The notes under the pieces are model-generated. The model searched no databases, was not told the origin of the DNA, and worked only from the letters and a program-made list of their open reading frames with translations. A program made the translations under genes and the position numbers. Below are positions 61,547 through 64,000 of a DNA stretch of 64,000 nt, piece after piece (the first letter of the stretch is position 1; each line of letters begins with the position of its first letter). The stretch is from Lingula anatina (lineage: Eukaryota; Animalia; Brachiopoda). The stretch is taken from contig CM120643.1 in NCBI GenBank assembly GCA_051362555.1, positions 23,316,848 through 23,380,847 on the forward strand, in the 5' to 3' direction.

Positions 61547-64000
61547 AATGGTTTTACGCCTCTGCTGCAATCAATATATATTTCATGCTTTTACATTTAT
61601 GGAAATACACAAGAGTTTTTCTTTTATATCTATCTTGACAACAATTGTCATCCATAAAATGACAAAGATGCCAGGATGATGACAATTAAACTGAATACTG
61701 CTTTTCGTACCTTTCATATGATGGCGAATAGACTCTTTATAAATGCCGGAGGCCAATGCCTATATACATGTATATATAGAATCCGTTGCGATTGACAAAT
61801 AAGTAGAGTATAGTACAAGTAAAGTATAAGTTTTATTGTCATATAAGCGTGTGTCTGAAATATAGATATGCATGTGTACCGAGTTCATTCCAAAACTACT
61901 GCACAATGCATTATGATCATTCTTGTCAATTCAAATAAAAAAGAACTCCGTTTGTTTATTGATTCGATAGATATTGAATGATTGCGGCCCCTGCCTCACC
62001 AGTTGGTCTGCGATATCAATACAGTGTAGCACCCTTACTGCCCCCCCTTTTCGCAGTCTTCTTCTACCTCTTCTTCAAATTGAAAGTGTTTATTTGTTTT
62101 ATACATCCAAATGCCAGTGTAACGTGACAGAGAGTCCCCCGTGATAGAGTTTCCGCCTACCATTCATTTGTGCAGGTAAGCCTAGCTGTAGATTTTGACC
62201 CCCCCCCCCTTTGGTCAGGCTAACCCTAACCATTATAACTAAATGGAGGGCGGAGTTTTTGTAACACGGACCCTCAGTTTCGTTACACCGACATTTCCAA
62301 CGATAGGATAGATTGACTTCTATTTCGCCTACACGTTCGACTGTATTTCCATACCTTTCCTCCTATTGTTCGAAACAACTACAACTTACAACTACTCGTC
62401 GTCAACTGTATGCGCATACAGTGGACGGCTCGCGTTGTTATTACATGTATAAGCAGTTCAATTTTAGGGGCACGCAGTCAGCGTGGGACATTGTGCAGTA
62501 CTAATCTTGTGTACCATATAGTGTTTCTCAGTTTTGTAAATGGTACCCTTTCTCTCCTCTTGGGAACAGATTGGAACTGAGCTTCCCATGTGCCTTAGTT
62601 AAATCAATCCTCAACTGCCGAAGAAAAAGCATTCATACAAAGACATTCGTATAAAAATGTGCGAGTGCTTTTATATCGAGATCCCTTTCCTAACATAACT
62701 GATGTCTTTTTCGTCACTTGACAGTGTACAGTACATGTAAGTGACAGGCACATTTTATGCTGACTGTCAGTCAAGAGAGAGAGAGAGAGAGAGAAAGCGA
62801 TGACTGTTCACCAGTGTGAGCAGACTAGAGAACTATATCAATCTTTCGAAGTGTTCCAATTGAGAGGTAATCAAAATAAATCTTCTGAAGCATATGCAAA
62901 TAGACTGTTCATTCTAAAAGGATTGAAAGCTAATACGAATCTGATGAGCAATCAATAGAAGTTTATGTTGACCGAATAGAAATGCTATTAAGGATAAGAA
63001 GCTTTCTGGACGGAAGTCTTAGACTGAACTATCGGTATAAAGCTAATCGTATATCCAAATGCGTCAAAACCGTTTGTTATGTAAATAAAAAAAATATATA
63101 ATTTATAGCTGCTTGGAGTAGACATCCAAACCCGAGTAAGAATGGGGATTTAATGGTTGGTATATTAGTAGGGATACACATATACTCATTCGTTTTGCCC
63201 CTTGTGACACTCCAACCATGCTCCCCTTTACTTAAAATAGTATTTACACTCATAATTACTCTTTTAAGTTAGAGATATTGAAAAGTTATATCTTAAGACT
63301 TCTAAATAATCTTAGTATCCTGTAGAGCATCCTTTATATAAATACACTCCGAATTTACATTACAATCCGTTCAGATTGCTCCAATAACTTAAATACCACA
63401 TTAGTCACAATAATCAAAACTATAAAAACTTGTACAACAGGCTTGCTTATATTCTGGCCTTAGGCACTTAAATTGTGTTTATTGTTTAATGTGGCTTCAA
63501 TAAAGAAAATAATATACGTCTCTGAAATAAATCAATATTTAAAAACTGAGTGGCGTATGGGAGTCATTAAATACCTGAAATGTAATCTGGAAAGGAAGAA
63601 CACATTCCGTGGCATGTATCTAACGCTACAGTGCTTCTGAAAAGCCTATTCCTGCATTCAGTGTGTGAGTAAGCTATTTATTCCTGCTTTTTATACATTG
63701 TTATAAGAGCAATGCAGGTTGGTGGGAGTAAATGCAGACGCAACGATTCCTCGATTCCTGAAAAGATTATTGTATTTTGCACGGTATTTCTTTATAATGT
63801 TAACACGAAATGTTTTCACGAGCAATTTTTATTGTAAGGGATGACATTCCTTGAACCGTCGACAAATAGGTATGGGTTCACATCTTTTGTTGTGAACAGC
63901 AGGACCCCCACCCCCCTTAGCTTACTCCATAATAACGTGGAAGGCAATTGCTTAAACAGGGGACACATTTGAACTCAATTTGAAAAAAAAAAAAGAAAAT

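Noticed and set aside
53008-62232. TTAGGG/CCCTAA telomere-like motifs at 53008, 59572 and 62220
   Set aside because: Only about two units each, embedded in interspersed repeats; not an interstitial telomere array.

Overview
AT-rich, intron-containing animal DNA, probably a marine invertebrate; the species cannot be named from sequence alone. Most ORF-track entries are noise, and the real genes are spliced. I assembled four complete genes by hand from GT-AG boundaries with consistent phases. (1) An SLC16/MCT-like MFS transporter on the minus strand, join(16313-16451, 8147-8449, 7291-7595, 6634-6859, 6246-6389, 5664-5815), 422 aa. A dead duplicate of its exon 1 lies at 10361-10467, and exon 1 of a neighbouring paralog lies at 216-354. 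(2) A divergent PRELID1/Ups1-like lipid-transfer gene on the plus strand, join(20595-20683, 20972-21188, 22100-22303), 169 aa. (3, 4) Two tandem RGK-like (Rem/Rad/Gem) small GTPases on the minus strand with identical intron phases: RGK-A join(39133-39727, 32206-32291, 31026-31215, 25068-25303), 368 aa, and RGK-B join(57814-58396, 53262-53338, 51371-51560, 48450-48676), 358 aa. Both lack the G3 aspartate and share a conserved N-terminal motif. Non-coding DNA holds PIF/Harbinger-type non-autonomous elements, one carrying a nested 3.5-kb element with ~146-bp TIRs and a 6-bp TSD. It also holds three decayed Tc1/mariner transposases, a CACTA-like element with a SINE fragment, Helitron-like repeats, a fold-back element, microsatellites and a large excess of TACATGTA. 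I found no evidence of a wholly new multi-gene system. The best leads are the degenerate RGK pair, the exon-1 replacement at the transporter locus, the altered PRELI pocket and the unclassified nested element.
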